From Cyanobacteriota bacterium (GTDB taxonomy: Bacteria > Cyanobacteriota > Cyanobacteriia > PCC-6307 > Cyanobiaceae): a DNA stretch of 64,000 nt. The stretch covers positions 416,001 to 480,000 of the forward strand of contig JBJOMY010000001.1 of the NCBI GenBank assembly GCA_046052125.1. Reading direction: 5' to 3'. The position numbers were made by a program, and so were the translations under genes. The notes below the pieces were generated by a model. The model worked only from the letters and a program-made list of their open reading frames with translations. It did not search any database and was not told where the DNA came from. Positions within the stretch are counted from its first letter, which is position 1. Each line of letters begins with the position of its first letter. Below, piece by piece: positions 21,416 through 32,345 of the stretch.

Positions 21416-22956
21416 TGAAACCGGCTGCCCCACTGCTGGTGCTGGCGCCGGCGCTGGTGTTGCTGCCTGTGCTGCTGCTGCTCCCCTCGCTGCTGCACGG
21501 CGGCGGCTGGGATCTGATCGGCCAGTTTCTGCTGGCAGCGGTGCAGCCCTCCACCGATCCCGTGGTGCTCAACGCGCTGCTGCACGGGCTAGGCATCACC
21601 GCCGGCATGGCCCTGCTGGGCTGGTTCTGCAGCCTGTTGCTCGGGGTGGTCGCTGGCCTGGCCAGCTCACGCTTGCTTTGGCGCACCCTCATCGGCCATG
21701 CCTGGCCAGCGGAACTGCTGCGCCGAGTGCTGGCGATCCCTCGCTCGATTCATGAGCTGATCTGGGGCCTGCTGCTGCTTCAACTGGTGGGTCTGCAGCC
21801 GGCGATCGCGGTGCTCGCCATCGCGATTCCCTACGGCGCCTTGGTGGCCCGGGTGGTGAGCGACCTGCTCGATGCATTGCCCGACTCAAACCTCCAGGCC
21901 CTGATCACCGCGGGCAGCCCTGCACCTGCTGCCCTGCTCACAGCCATGGGACCGCCGCTGCTGCCGGGGCTGATCAGCTACGGCGGCTACCGCCTTGAAT
22001 GCGCCCTGCGCAGCGCCACGTTGCTGGGGGTGTTCGGGCTGGGTGGCCTGGGTAATGAGCTGCTGCTCACCCTGCAATCACTCGAATTCCGTGAGCTGTG
22101 GAGCGGCCTGTGGCTGCTACTGGCGGTGATGCTCAGCCTTGAAGCGCTGACTGGAAGCCTGCGCAGGCGCTGGGGGATGCCGGCGCGGTTCAGCCTGAAG
22201 AGTTCGGGCGTGGGACGACGTGGCCGGGAACTGGTGCTGGCGGCAGTGATCCTGGTGCCCGTGGTGTTTGGCGTGGGCCGCGCCATGGCCATCGATCCTG
22301 CAGCTGTGTTGCATTGGCAGGCCTTGCCGCCCGTGGCCCCAGGAGGCTGGGGATCGGCCCTGGCCCTGCCCTGGCCCAGCCTGGTGTTCAACACGGTGCT
22401 GCTCACCCTGCTGGCGGCGGCGCTGGCCGTTGGGGTGGCGCCGCTGTTGCTGCTGTTGGTGGCGCCATGGCCCTGGGGGCAACAGCTGCTGCAGCTGTTC
22501 TGGGCGATCGGGCGACTGTGGCCACCACCGCTCACGGCACTCCTATTGCTGTTCGTGCTCAAGCCAGGCGTGATCACCGCCGCCCTGGCCCTGGGCTTCC
22601 ACAACCTGGGCATCCTTGGGCGGCTGTTGCTGGAGGGCAGCGAGGCAGCAGGTCCTGAGCAGCAGCAGGCCCTGGAGTGCGCCGGCTGCGGCCCGCGGCT
22701 CGCTTTGCTCTATGGGCGCTTCAGCGGGCTTGCACGTTCGTATCTGGCCTACGGGGCCTATCGCGCCGATGTGATCCTCAGGGAAACGGTGGTGGTGGGA
22801 TTGGTGGCAGGCACCGGGCTGGGCAGCCAGCTCACCGAAAGCCTCAGCTCGTTCGCCTTCGATCAGTTGCTGCTGCTGCTCGGGGCTTACGCCGTGCTCA
22901 CCCTGCTGGGTGAAGATCTCAGCGACCGCGCCCGCCACCGGCTGCTGCAGCAATGA
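21415..22956 (+). CDS. phnE: PhnE-like fused double permease
   Basis: TGATG overlap; RSIHELIWGL, YRLECALRSATLLG, and a second module YRADVILRETVVVG. Confidence 0.85.
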   Translation: MKPAAPLLVLAPALVLLPVLLLLPSLLHGGGWDLIGQFLLAAVQPSTDPVVLNALLHGLGITAGMALLGWFCSLLLGVVAGLASSRLLWRTLIGHAWPAELLRRVLAIPRSIHELIWGLLLLQLVGLQPAIAVLAIAIPYGALVARVVSDLLDALPDSNLQALITAGSPAPAALLTAMGPPLLPGLISYGGYRLECALRSATLLGVFGLGGLGNELLLTLQSLEFRELWSGLWLLLAVMLSLEALTGSLRRRWGMPARFSLKSSGVGRRGRELVLAAVILVPVVFGVGRAMAIDPAAVLHWQALPPVAPGGWGSALALPWPSLVFNTVLLTLLAAALAVGVAPLLLLLVAPWPWGQQLLQLFWAIGRLWPPPLTALLLLFVLKPGVITAALALGFHNLGILGRLLLEGSEAAGPEQQQALECAGCGPRLALLYGRFSGLARSYLAYGAYRADVILRETVVVGLVAGTGLGSQLTESLSSFAFDQLLLLLGAYAVLTLLGEDLSDRARHRLLQQ

Positions 22957-23630
22957 GCCTCACCATCCCCCGCAAGCTGATCGTGCTCGGGGACAGTGGC
23001 GTGGTGGGCTGGGGGGATCCAGAGCAGGGCGGCTGGTGTGAACGGCTGCGGCGCCATTGGATGGGCCTGCCCAATGGGCCGGTGCTTTACCCCCTGGGGG
23101 TGCGCGGCGATGGGCTGGAACGGGTGGCAGCGCGGTTAGTTCCTGAGGTGAACTGTCGCGGAGAGCTGCGCCGCCAGAGGCCCCAAGGCATCCTGCTGGC
23201 GATGGGCCTCAACGACAGTGCGCGGGTGGGCCGAGCCGATGGCCGCCCTCAGCTGGATGCGGAAGGGTTTCTGTTTGGCTTTCAGCAGCTGCTGCTGCAG
23301 GCGAAACAACTCGCTCCAGTGCTGGTGCTGGGGCTCACGCCGGTGGATGAAGCCGTGATGCCCTATGCCGAGCTGCTCTGGTATCAGCTGGAGCAGGTGC
23401 GGCGCTACGAAGCTCTGCTGGAGGAGGCCTGCCTGGAGGCAGATGTGCCGTTCCTTCCCCTGCTCGAGTCGCTGCTGAGCGATCCGAATTGGCTGCAATG
23501 GCTAAGCAGCGATGGGATCCACCTCAACAGCGAAGGGCATCGCCAGGTGTATGAGCGGGTCTGCCGCTGGCCGGCTCTGTTGCGTTGGGCCGATCTCGAA
23601 CCGCTGGCACTCAACAGCGTGAGTTTCTGA
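22953..23630 (+). CDS. SGNH/GDSL esterase
   Basis: GDSG, GLND, DGIHLN. Confidence 0.9.
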   Translation: MSLTIPRKLIVLGDSGVVGWGDPEQGGWCERLRRHWMGLPNGPVLYPLGVRGDGLERVAARLVPEVNCRGELRRQRPQGILLAMGLNDSARVGRADGRPQLDAEGFLFGFQQLLLQAKQLAPVLVLGLTPVDEAVMPYAELLWYQLEQVRRYEALLEEACLEADVPFLPLLESLLSDPNWLQWLSSDGIHLNSEGHRQVYERVCRWPALLRWADLEPLALNSVSF

Positions 23631-23745
23631 GGCCACGCGCCCCAGGGATCCATCCCCCCATCGGGGGATCGTGATTCCGCCTCAAGGGGGAGTGGCCGAG
23701 CAGCCCAAGCGAATGAGCGTGGAATCACGCCATGGCTCTCTGCCG

Positions 23746-24537
23746 ATGACAACCTTCCACGCCTGCTCCGACCACAGCCAACGCAATGCCGAGCTGCTGG
23801 CCGCTTATCAGCGCTGCCGCAGCGCCAGCAACCGCAATGCGGTGATCCGCGCCAACCTGCCGCTGGTGTGGCGAGTAGCGCGCCAGGAGGCCAAACGCAG
23901 TGGCCACAGCTTTGAAGACCTCACCCAGGAAGGCTCACTCGGGCTGATTCAGGCTGTGGAGCGATTTGACCCCAGCCGCGGTCACACCCTCAGCACCGTG
24001 GCAACGCCCTGGATTCGCGGAGCGATCCGGCACTATCTGCGCGACCGCTGCCATGGCGTGAGCGGCAGCCATCACCTGCTGGATCTGTATCGCCGCGGCC
24101 AGGCGCTCCTGCAGCAGCGGCAGCAGCAGGGGCTGCCGAGCCTCGATGGCGACGCGCTGGCCCAGGCCCTTGGCTGCACGCAGGAGCGCTGGGAGCTTGC
24201 CCTCGCCCGCCAGCGCAGCCTGCAGCTCGCCAGCCTGGAGCAGCCGCAGCTCGATGAGGAGGGCAACGCCAGCCCGCTGAGCGATCTACTTGCCGATCCA
24301 CGGCCCCAGGAGCGCTACGCCCAAGCGATCCGCTGGGAGCAGCGCCGTCATATCTGGCGAGTCCTGCGCCGGCTGGAGCGCAAGCAACGGCATTTGGTTC
24401 TCGGGCGCCTGCTGCAGCGGCTCACCTGGCGTGAATTGGCACGTCGCTACAACCTCAGCCCGAAGGTGGCCCAACGCAGCGGCGAGCGTTTGATACTCGA
24501 CCTGCGCCAGCAGCTGCTGCCCCTGCTGGGCAGCTAA
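23746..24537 (+). CDS. Alternative (group 3, SigF/SigJ-like) sigma-70 factor
   Basis: Region 2 NLPLV..EDLTQEGSLGLIQAVERFDPSRG..WIRGAIRHYLRD; divergent region 4. Start uncertain (23671-23746). Confidence 0.85.
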   Translation: MTTFHACSDHSQRNAELLAAYQRCRSASNRNAVIRANLPLVWRVARQEAKRSGHSFEDLTQEGSLGLIQAVERFDPSRGHTLSTVATPWIRGAIRHYLRDRCHGVSGSHHLLDLYRRGQALLQQRQQQGLPSLDGDALAQALGCTQERWELALARQRSLQLASLEQPQLDEEGNASPLSDLLADPRPQERYAQAIRWEQRRHIWRVLRRLERKQRHLVLGRLLQRLTWRELARRYNLSPKVAQRSGERLILDLRQQLLPLLGS

Positions 24538-24540
24538 CGC

Positions 24541-25305
24541 TCAGGCCAGGCCCAGCGAAGCCGCCACCGCCATCGCCAACAGGGCTGCGATCAGGGTCTG
24601 CAGGGCGTTCACCAGTTCGTTGCTCAACCAGGGGCAGCGCTGCTGCAGGCCGGCGCCGATCACGCTCTCCAGCAGGGTGGCCACCAGCCCCACGATCACC
24701 ACCAGCAGCCAGGCCGCCGCTCCTTCGAGCAGGCCCAGCTGCTGCATCACCAAGGCCATCAGGGCACTGCCGAGCAGGCTGGCCAGCGTGCCCTCCAGGC
24801 TGATCCCCCCCTCCGTGCCTGGCGGCACAGGCTGCAGGGTGGTGATCAACAGCGTGCGGCGGCCCCAGCGCTTGCCGATCTCACTGCCGAAGGTATCGGC
24901 CAGCTTGGCGCTGAAACTGGCGGCAAACCCCAGCTTGAGCAGCAGCACCGGCGCCGAGGGCAACACGGTGAGCAACGCCAGTGCTGCACCGGTGGATGCC
25001 GATCCCCACACGTTTTCTGGCCCGCGGCGACCGCCGCGGGCTTCCGCCAGACCCTGATCCTGCTTGCGGCGAAAACCGAGGCGTGTGACCAGCGATCCGA
25101 GGGCCAGATAGAGCACCACCGCCCACCAGCCCGGCCAATCGAGGCTGCCCAGCAGCAGGGTGCCGAGCACCCCGGCATGCACCCAGCCCGCCCGGGTGAG
25201 CAGGGGCAAGCGCTGGGCCAGCGTAATCAGCACCCCATTGATCAACAGGGCCACAGCCCAGTGCTGGAGGCGATCGGCACTTAGCAGAACCTGAAGTTCA
25301 AGCAT
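24541..25305 (-). CDS. DUF92/TIGR00297 membrane protein
   Basis: GGRRGPENVWGS, ADTFGSEIG, PPGTEGGISLEGT. Confidence 0.9.
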   Translation of the reverse strand: MLELQVLLSADRLQHWAVALLINGVLITLAQRLPLLTRAGWVHAGVLGTLLLGSLDWPGWWAVVLYLALGSLVTRLGFRRKQDQGLAEARGGRRGPENVWGSASTGAALALLTVLPSAPVLLLKLGFAASFSAKLADTFGSEIGKRWGRRTLLITTLQPVPPGTEGGISLEGTLASLLGSALMALVMQQLGLLEGAAAWLLVVIVGLVATLLESVIGAGLQQRCPWLSNELVNALQTLIAALLAMAVAASLGLA

Positions 25306-25450
25306 GCACAGCAGGCTCGGCACTGCCAAGCGCAAGACACCGCCCCAGCACAACACGGCGCTGGCCAGTTCTGTTGCACTGCCCTAAGGGATCCAGCCCG
25401 AAGCCCCTGCGGCAGCGGATAATCCAGCCATCCGCCACACGATCGGCGCC

Positions 25451-25849
25451 ATGGTGTTCAACCGCAAGGGCAGCTTCTTCCTCAACCTCGATGAGAAGGC
25501 GCCCACTGCGCCGGCCACCGTGGCACCCGTCGCCAAGCCTGAAGCCAAGGCCGCCGCGAAGCCCAAGAGCGCAGCTGAACCGGCCGTCGCCGTGAACGCA
25601 GCCGCTGCAGCAACGCCCGCAGCTGAGCCCAGCAGCGCAGCAGCCCCCAGCGGCAACGTGCTCACCACGGCCGAAGCGATCGCCGCTGAACTGGCCGCCG
25701 AGCAGGCCGCCAAGCCCGCAACCAACGACTCCACCTTTGCTCCCGAGTGCGTGACCGCCGGAGGAGCGCTGCCGATGCGCCGCCGCCGTGGTGGCGCCAA
25801 CCTGGCCAGTTTCCGCAGCATGGCCGGCGGACTCTTCGGCAAGAAATAG
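25451..25849 (+). CDS. Ala-rich hypothetical protein
   Basis: FFLNLD N-terminus, low-complexity linker, TFAP..RRRRGGANLASFRSMA; host-like codon usage. Confidence 0.75.
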   Translation: MVFNRKGSFFLNLDEKAPTAPATVAPVAKPEAKAAAKPKSAAEPAVAVNAAAAATPAAEPSSAAAPSGNVLTTAEAIAAELAAEQAAKPATNDSTFAPECVTAGGALPMRRRRGGANLASFRSMAGGLFGKK

Positions 25850-25858
25850 TCCCGGGTT

Positions 25859-26611
25859 CTAGGTGTGGCTGGCGCGCCATCCGCTCAGCCAGGCCGCTCC
25901 AGCCACACACGCTGTTGAGCTGCGCAGGATGGTGGGGCCCAGCTGAACCGGTTGCCAGCCCTGCCCCTGGGCTTGCTGCTCCTCAGAGGGGCTCCACCCC
26001 CCTTCCGGTCCACAGGCCAACCAGATCTCCTCAATCCCTGGCTCGAGCGTCTGCAGGTGATCGACCAATAGCGGCAACTGTTGCTGGCGAGTCGTCGCCC
26101 AGAAACGCACCGCCCGCCGAGGCGATGGCAACAACACCTCGCTCAGGCGATGGGCCTCCTCGATCCTGGGCAACCAGAGCCGTTCACATTGCTCGGCGGC
26201 TTCGGCAGCAATGCTGAGCCAACGCTCCGGCCGCAGCTGACCCAGCACCGCCGTGCGCTCACAGAGCAGAGGCACCAGGCGATCCACGCCCAGCTCCACC
26301 GCCATCCGCACCACCAGGTCAAAGTCACGCTTCACCACCGCAGCGGCGAGCACCAGGGCGGGCTGAGGCGCTGGCTCTGCGCTGAGCGGCTGATCGAGGG
26401 GCTGGAGCAAACGGGCCCGCTCGCGATCCAGCAATTCGGCCTCCCAGAGATGGCCAACCCCATCCACCACCGCAAAAACGGCCCCGGGGCTGTAGCGCAA
26501 CACCTTGGTGAGATAGCGGCTGTGCTCAGCGCTGAGCAGAAACACACCATCAGCGCCGGCATCTAGCAGGTGCTGCGGTGGGATCAGCAGGCGCCGGCAC
26601 TCACGCGCCAT
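25859..26611 (-). CDS. rsmE: 16S rRNA m3U1498 methyltransferase
   Basis: EAAEQCER, GPEGGWS, LGPTILRSSTA. Confidence 0.93.
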   Translation of the reverse strand: MARECRRLLIPPQHLLDAGADGVFLLSAEHSRYLTKVLRYSPGAVFAVVDGVGHLWEAELLDRERARLLQPLDQPLSAEPAPQPALVLAAAVVKRDFDLVVRMAVELGVDRLVPLLCERTAVLGQLRPERWLSIAAEAAEQCERLWLPRIEEAHRLSEVLLPSPRRAVRFWATTRQQQLPLLVDHLQTLEPGIEEIWLACGPEGGWSPSEEQQAQGQGWQPVQLGPTILRSSTACVAGAAWLSGWRASHT

Positions 26612-26613
26612 GC

Positions 26614-27072
26614 TCAGGCATCGGGATCGGAGAGCGGAAACAGGCTGTCGGGATGGTCTTCCACGGGCCAGTCGTCGTTCACGCCACCGATCAATAGCTC
26701 CACGATCTCCACCACATCGGTGTCGAGCTGGCGCAGGGTGTTGATCAACACGTCAAGCGCCAGTGCATCACTGGTGCCCAGATCCAGCCAGCAGCGGGCC
26801 CACTCACCGCGGTATTCCATCTCGCCCATGTTGTGCATCAGGGCGGGCATGGCGCGGGCGGCGGTGTCGGCGTCATAGGCCATGCCGCTGAGCTCAGCGC
26901 CCTCCTCCTGCACCTGCAGGTTCTCGGCGTTGAAGCCACCCAATTTGCCGAGGAAAAACCAGCTGTCGAACACGGTGTCGATGTAACCGCGCTCCCCTTG
27001 GCCAGGGGCATGGTTGAACCGCAACCAGATCCAGCAATTGAACGGATCGAACTCGCGGAAGCGAATCTCCAT
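26614..27072 (-). CDS. DUF3531 family protein
   Basis: FREFDPFNCWIW..GKLGGFNAENLQ..DLGTSD. Confidence 0.85.
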   Translation of the reverse strand: MEIRFREFDPFNCWIWLRFNHAPGQGERGYIDTVFDSWFFLGKLGGFNAENLQVQEEGAELSGMAYDADTAARAMPALMHNMGEMEYRGEWARCWLDLGTSDALALDVLINTLRQLDTDVVEIVELLIGGVNDDWPVEDHPDSLFPLSDPDA

Positions 27073-27142
27073 TGGGCCTTGGGCTGCGCAGCGTTGCCTC
27101 CATCAAACATGCTGGGGGCACCTGCAGGCCATGCCGCCGCTG

Positions 27143-27802
27143 ATGCTCGAGCTGAGGTCGCTGCACTACCACCCCGCCACGGCGGCCGAACCGGTGCTGC
27201 GCGGCCTCAACCTGCAGTTGCAGGTGGGGCAGCCGGCCTTGATTGCTGGCCGCAGCGGCTCCGGCAAATCCACGCTGCTCGAACTGATCTGTGGCCTGGC
27301 TGAGCCGAGTGGGGGCCGCAGCGGCGGCAGCATTCTCTGGAACGGCCATGCACTCAATGCCCGCCAGCGGCGCTGGCTCTGCGGGCTGGTGTTTCAGTTT
27401 CCCGAACGCCATTTCCTCGGCCTGAGCGTGGGGCAGGAACTGAAGCTGGGGCAACGGCGCCTGCCATCAGAAAAGGTTGCAGCGGTGCTGGAGCAGGTGG
27501 GTTTATCGGGGGTGTCGCTGCAGCAGGCGCCGGAGGCGCTGAGTGGCGGCCAGCAGCGCCGCCTAGCTCTGGCGGTGCAACTGCTGCGCAATCCGCGCGT
27601 GCTGCTGCTCGATGAGCCCACGGCCGGCCTGGATTGGTCGGTGCGCGGCGAAATTCTCGAGCTCTTGGCTCAGCTGGGGCGCGATCGGGTGTTGCTGGTG
27701 GTGAGCCACGAGCCGGAGTTGTTCGAGGCGTGGGTCGAGCCGGAGCAGCGCTACCAACTCGTGGGCGGGCAGCTGCTGCAAGCACAGACCACAGGCCGCT
27801 GA
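27143..27802 (+). CDS. ABC transporter ATP-binding protein (ECF A-type)
   Basis: GRSGSGKS, VFQFPE, LSGGQQRR, LDEPTAGLD. Confidence 0.9.
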   Translation: MLELRSLHYHPATAAEPVLRGLNLQLQVGQPALIAGRSGSGKSTLLELICGLAEPSGGRSGGSILWNGHALNARQRRWLCGLVFQFPERHFLGLSVGQELKLGQRRLPSEKVAAVLEQVGLSGVSLQQAPEALSGGQQRRLALAVQLLRNPRVLLLDEPTAGLDWSVRGEILELLAQLGRDRVLLVVSHEPELFEAWVEPEQRYQLVGGQLLQAQTTGR

Positions 27803-27853
27803 AGCCTGGCCGCTGAATACAGTGCGCTCTCTGGGGTGCAGCGGGTTTCGGCG

Positions 27854-28768
27854 ATGGCGGATCAGTTGGTGCGGGCGACGGCAGCCGGCGGTGGCATTCG
27901 CCTGGTGGCAGTGAGCACCAGCACCACGGCCCGCTACGCGCGGCGCCGCCACAACCTCTCCTTTCTCACCACCGCCCTGTTGGGCCGGGCGATGACCGCC
28001 GGCCTGCTGCTGGCCAGCTCGATGAAGGTGCGGCACGGGCGGGTGAACTTGCGCATCGCTTCCGATGGCCCCCTGCGCGGCCTGATGGTGGATGCCGGCC
28101 GCGATGGCACGGTGCGCGGCTATGTGGGCAACCCTGAACTGGAGCTCGATCTGGTGCAGGAAGCCGATGGGCTGCACCACTTCGATTTCAAGCAAGCCAC
28201 TGGCACCGGTTACCTGCATGTGGTGCGGGATCTGGGCGAGGGCGAACCGTTCAGCTCCACCGTGGAATTGGTGAGCGGCGGCATCGGCGACGACGTTGCC
28301 TCCTATCTGCTGCACTCCGAACAGACCCCTTCAGCGGTGTTTGTGGGCGAGCAGATCGACAGCTCAGGCCTGAAGCATTGCGGCGGTGTGCTGGTGCAGG
28401 TGCTGCCCAAAGCAGCCCGTGAGCCGGCCCTGGTGGCCCTATTGGAGGAGCGCTGCAAGGAGATCAGCGGCTTCAGCGAAAAGCTGGCTGCCTGTGAGGG
28501 CAACCTGGAAGCCCTGCTGCGGGAGATCTTTCCGGATCTCGATCCCCAGCTGCTCGATGACGCCGAGGCCAGCCAGGAGATCACCTTCCACTGCCCCTGC
28601 AGCCGCCGCCGCAGCGTGAACGCCCTGAAGCTTCTCGGTAGCGCCGAGCTCAGCGACATGCTTCAGAGCGAAGGCAAGGCCGAACTCACCTGCCACTTCT
28701 GCAATGAGGTGTACGAAGTGGGCGGCGGTGAACTGCAGGAACTGATCAACGAGCTGGCCGCTGCGTGA
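27854..28768 (+). CDS. hslO: Hsp33 redox chaperone
   Basis: SEQTPS and C-terminal CPC...CHFC zinc motif. Confidence 0.95.
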   Translation: MADQLVRATAAGGGIRLVAVSTSTTARYARRRHNLSFLTTALLGRAMTAGLLLASSMKVRHGRVNLRIASDGPLRGLMVDAGRDGTVRGYVGNPELELDLVQEADGLHHFDFKQATGTGYLHVVRDLGEGEPFSSTVELVSGGIGDDVASYLLHSEQTPSAVFVGEQIDSSGLKHCGGVLVQVLPKAAREPALVALLEERCKEISGFSEKLAACEGNLEALLREIFPDLDPQLLDDAEASQEITFHCPCSRRRSVNALKLLGSAELSDMLQSEGKAELTCHFCNEVYEVGGGELQELINELAAA

Positions 28769-28788
28769 TCAGCTAGCGATCTAAAGCC

Positions 28789-29493
28789 TTAGGAGATCAG
28801 GAGCGCACCAAGCACCAGCAGAACCAGAGCCGGCAGGCTCTGCACCTGCTGCGGACTCAGCGGCAAACCGAGAGGCAGAGAGGGATCGATCGCCTGTACC
28901 AGCAGACCACCCAGCAGCAGACCGAGGCTGAGCAGCAGCACGCTCCAGCCCACCGATGGCAGCAAACGCCCCTGGCGTCGCTGCAGGTTCACCACCGTGA
29001 GAACGGTGGCGAAAGCCAGCACGAGCTCCGCGCTCGCGGCCGGTGCAAACAGCAGGATCACCAACAGCAATCCACCGCCCACCACGGGGAACCAGCGCTC
29101 TCGCCCTTCGGCCAGGGCGAAACGGGGCAGCGCAGGGGCGCTGAACTTGAGGGCCGGTTTGGGCAGCGCCGGCAGGCTGGGCAGGGCCGGCAGTGAGGGC
29201 TTGGGCAGGGAGGCACCGGCGGAGGGCCGCGCCGCTTCCCGTTGGGAAGCGTTGAGGGCAGCAGAGCTCACCTTGCCCTGTTGACGCTCCTTGAGCCGAT
29301 CCATCAACACCGCGTCGTAGGCGGCTTCGATGCGGGCCCTGGCCTGGGGGTCATCGCCCACCTCGGCGAAGCGGGCCTGCTTGGCCGCCTGCACATCATC
29401 GAAGCTGGCATCAGGACTGATCCCGAGCCGCTCATAGGGATTCAATGAGCCGGGCTGGGCAGGGCCTCCGGTTGGATCAGTTCCCTGGGTCAT
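28789..29493 (-). CDS. CPP1-like J-like membrane protein
   Basis: NPYERLGI..IEAAYDAVLMDRLKERQQGK plus C-terminal TM helices; no HPD. Confidence 0.85.
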   Translation of the reverse strand: MTQGTDPTGGPAQPGSLNPYERLGISPDASFDDVQAAKQARFAEVGDDPQARARIEAAYDAVLMDRLKERQQGKVSSAALNASQREAARPSAGASLPKPSLPALPSLPALPKPALKFSAPALPRFALAEGRERWFPVVGGGLLLVILLFAPAASAELVLAFATVLTVVNLQRRQGRLLPSVGWSVLLLSLGLLLGGLLVQAIDPSLPLGLPLSPQQVQSLPALVLLVLGALLIS

Positions 29494-29559
29494 GCCGCGG
29501 CTGGAAGCTTCAGTGCTGTGGGCTCAGCCTAGGGAGCCGGAGCCAGGAAAGATCCCTGC

Positions 29560-29796
29560 TCAGAAAAGGGGATCGCTGTGGCGATAGCCGCCCTCGAGCT
29601 GCAGGCGGCGGCGCTGCTGCTCCGCCTCATCGCGCTGCAACCAGCAACGGCGTTTCAACAGGGGCATCTGCGGGGGCAGATGGCTGCCTTCCCGCATCTC
29701 AACAGACGCTGAGCCTGGAGTGGAACCAGGCACGAAGTTCACGTAGTCGCATCCCCCGTCGTTACGGGGTCGAATGAGCCAGAGGGGCCTCGCCAT
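29560..29796 (-). CDS. Small hypothetical protein
   Basis: 78-aa ORF (VEMREGSHLPPQMPLLKRR) collinear with its neighbours. Confidence 0.65.
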   Translation of the reverse strand: MARPLWLIRPRNDGGCDYVNFVPGSTPGSASVEMREGSHLPPQMPLLKRRCWLQRDEAEQQRRRLQLEGGYRHSDPLF

Positions 29797-29895
29797 CGCC
29801 AGAACCGCCGTTGTGACCTTTCTTCGTAAAGATTCTGGCGAGCTCGAAAGCCCGCCGTGGCTCGCGCGCAGGATCCCTGGGAGATCACACGGGAA

Positions 29896-31542
29896 TCAAA
29901 GCGCGATCGGCTCCACACCGCTCACCACCGGTGCCACGGCGCTGAGTTCGAGATCGGGATGGTCTTCACCCAGCTGGTTGAGGTTCCACTCGTTTTTGAA
30001 CAGCAGCACCGGCCGGTCCCAGGCATCGCGCACGGTTTTGCAGTTGAAGATGCGGCCCACCTTTTCCAGGGCTGGCCAGCCGCCCACCACCCAGCGCGCC
30101 ACAGAAAAACCGAGGGGCTCGAGGCGGGTCTGCACGCCGTATTCGTTTTCCAGGCGGTACTGCACCACCTCCAGCTGCAGCTGACCCACAGCCGCAAGGA
30201 TTGGATCGCGCTTGCTCTGGTCGGTGTCGTAGAGGACCTGCACCGCCCCCTCTTCTCTCAGTTCGTTCACGCCCTTGCGGAAGCTCTTGAAGGCTGAGGG
30301 GTTGGGGTTGCGCAACCAGGAGAAGATCTCGGGGCTGAAGCAGGGGATGCCCTCGTATTCCACCTTCGGCCCCAGATACAGGGTGTCGCCGATGGCGAAC
30401 ATGCCGGGGTTGTTCAGACCAATCACATCACCGGGGTAGGCGTCTTCCACCACCTCGCGGTCTTGGCCGAACAGCTTTTGGGGGCGTGAAAGGCGGATGG
30501 TCTTGCCGGTGCGGGCGTGCTGCACCGTCATGTCCTTCTCAAACTTGCCGCTGCAAACCCGCACAAACGCCACGCGGTCGCGGTGGCGGGGATCCATGTT
30601 GGCCTGGAGCTTGAACACAAAACCGCTGAAGCCGGGGCGCACCGGCTCGATCTCGCCGGCGCTGCTGCTGCGGGGGATCGGCTTCTGCGCCAGCTCGAGG
30701 AAGGCATCGAGGAAGGGGCGCACGCCGAAGTTGGTCATCGCCGAGCCGAAGAACACCGGGCTGAGCTCACCGGCATGCACCAGCTCGAGATCAAGCTCAT
30801 TGCCGGCGGCCTCCAGCAGCTCCAGCTCCTCGAGGGCCGCATCCAGCAGCTCAGCTTCCACGGCGCCGCTGCTGCGCGCTTCCTCCACGCTCAGCACCTT
30901 CTCTTCGGAAGTGCGGCCGCGCTCGGCCCTCAGGAACAGGATCACCTGCTGGCTGCGGCGATCGATCACGCCGCGGAAGCGATCGCCGCTGCCGATCGGC
31001 CAGTTCACCGGCCAGCAGGCCAGCCCCAGCTCCTGTTCGATCTCATCGAGCAGCTCGAGGGGCTCACGCCCCGGCCGGTCCATCTTGTTGATGAAGGTGA
31101 AGATGGGGATGCGCCGCATGCGGCACACCTCAAACAACTTGCGGGTCTGCGGCTCGAGGCCCTTGGCCGCGTCTTCCAGCATCACCGCGTTATCGGCGGC
31201 GGCGAGGGTGCGGTAGGTGTCTTCTGAAAAGTCCTGGTGGCCGGGGGTATCGAGCAGGTTGATCGTGCTGCCGCTGTAGTCGAACTGCAGCACCGTTGAG
31301 GTGATCGAGATGCCGCGCTGCTTCTCCAGCTCCATCCAGTCGGAGGTCACCTTGCGCTGCTCGCCCTTGGCCTTCACGGCACCGGCCTGCTGAATCGCAC
31401 CCCCGTACAGCAGCAGCTTCTCGGTGAGGGTGGTTTTACCCGCGTCGGGGTGGGAAATGATCGCGAAATTGCGGCGGCGCGCCACCGCCTCGGCCAGGGC
31501 CTGAAGCTCGGGAGTGGTGGCGGGAGCTGTGGTGCTGGTCAT
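29896..31542 (-). CDS. prfC: Peptide chain release factor 3
   Basis: [33 protein letters not shown]. Confidence 0.98.
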   Translation of the reverse strand: MTSTTAPATTPELQALAEAVARRRNFAIISHPDAGKTTLTEKLLLYGGAIQQAGAVKAKGEQRKVTSDWMELEKQRGISITSTVLQFDYSGSTINLLDTPGHQDFSEDTYRTLAAADNAVMLEDAAKGLEPQTRKLFEVCRMRRIPIFTFINKMDRPGREPLELLDEIEQELGLACWPVNWPIGSGDRFRGVIDRRSQQVILFLRAERGRTSEEKVLSVEEARSSGAVEAELLDAALEELELLEAAGNELDLELVHAGELSPVFFGSAMTNFGVRPFLDAFLELAQKPIPRSSSAGEIEPVRPGFSGFVFKLQANMDPRHRDRVAFVRVCSGKFEKDMTVQHARTGKTIRLSRPQKLFGQDREVVEDAYPGDVIGLNNPGMFAIGDTLYLGPKVEYEGIPCFSPEIFSWLRNPNPSAFKSFRKGVNELREEGAVQVLYDTDQSKRDPILAAVGQLQLEVVQYRLENEYGVQTRLEPLGFSVARWVVGGWPALEKVGRIFNCKTVRDAWDRPVLLFKNEWNLNQLGEDHPDLELSAVAPVVSGVEPIAL

Positions 31543-31554
31543 GCGGCAAGCCTC

Positions 31555-32226
31555 TCAGAGCAACCGCCCCCACACCTCTAGATAGCGATCGTCGAGCGCT
31601 CCCACCTGCAGCTGCTGCGCCAATCCAGCCGCCTCAAGCTGCGCGCGCACCTCATCGGGGCTGAAGGCGGCGTGCAGGGAGGCGATGTAGTCGTGCTGCA
31701 GCACAGGCGGCGCATCCGCCAGATAGCGCTGCTGCAGAGCCAGCACCGCCTCAGGGCTGGACGGACGGCGCAGGTCTTTGATGTACACGCAGGCGCCAGA
31801 ACCTCCCAGCTGGCGCACTGTGCGCCACAGCACCGCTGGGTCATGCAGATGGTGCAGCAGGCTGTTGCTGAGCACCGCAGTGAAGCCGCCCTTCAGGTGC
31901 GGATCGGGCAGACAGTGCTGCTCAAAGCGCAGGCGCTCCTGCAGCCCAGGCTGCTCAGCCAAGGCCTGGTGGGCCAGGTCGAGCATGGCCGCCGCACCAT
32001 CGATCCCAAACACTGAGGCCGATGGGTAGCGCTGCGCCAACCGGAAGCTGATGTTGCCGGGACCGCAGCCCAGGTCCACCAACCGATCCCCCAGGCCCGC
32101 GGGAAACAGGGCCGAGACACGCTCGAGCACGGCCTCATCTCCAGCGCTGAAGTCGGCGGCGGCATAGGCCTGGGCCTGCTCCACACCATCCATCAGCTCC
32201 GGCTCCGGCGTGCGCTCCATGTCCAC
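31555..32226 (-). CDS. Class I SAM-dependent methyltransferase
   Basis: DLGCGPG, SNSLLHHL. Confidence 0.88.
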   Translation of the reverse strand: MDMERTPEPELMDGVEQAQAYAAADFSAGDEAVLERVSALFPAGLGDRLVDLGCGPGNISFRLAQRYPSASVFGIDGAAAMLDLAHQALAEQPGLQERLRFEQHCLPDPHLKGGFTAVLSNSLLHHLHDPAVLWRTVRQLGGSGACVYIKDLRRPSSPEAVLALQQRYLADAPPVLQHDYIASLHAAFSPDEVRAQLEAAGLAQQLQVGALDDRYLEVWGRLL

Positions 32227-32345
32227 TCAGCACCACCACAAAGGCCATGCGCGCATCTTCGGCCCGGCACCGTCAATGGTGGCAACGGCTGCTTGCACAC
32301 CCCACCAGTGGCGTTATGGTTCCGGCACGCCTAGAGCAGCCGCAC

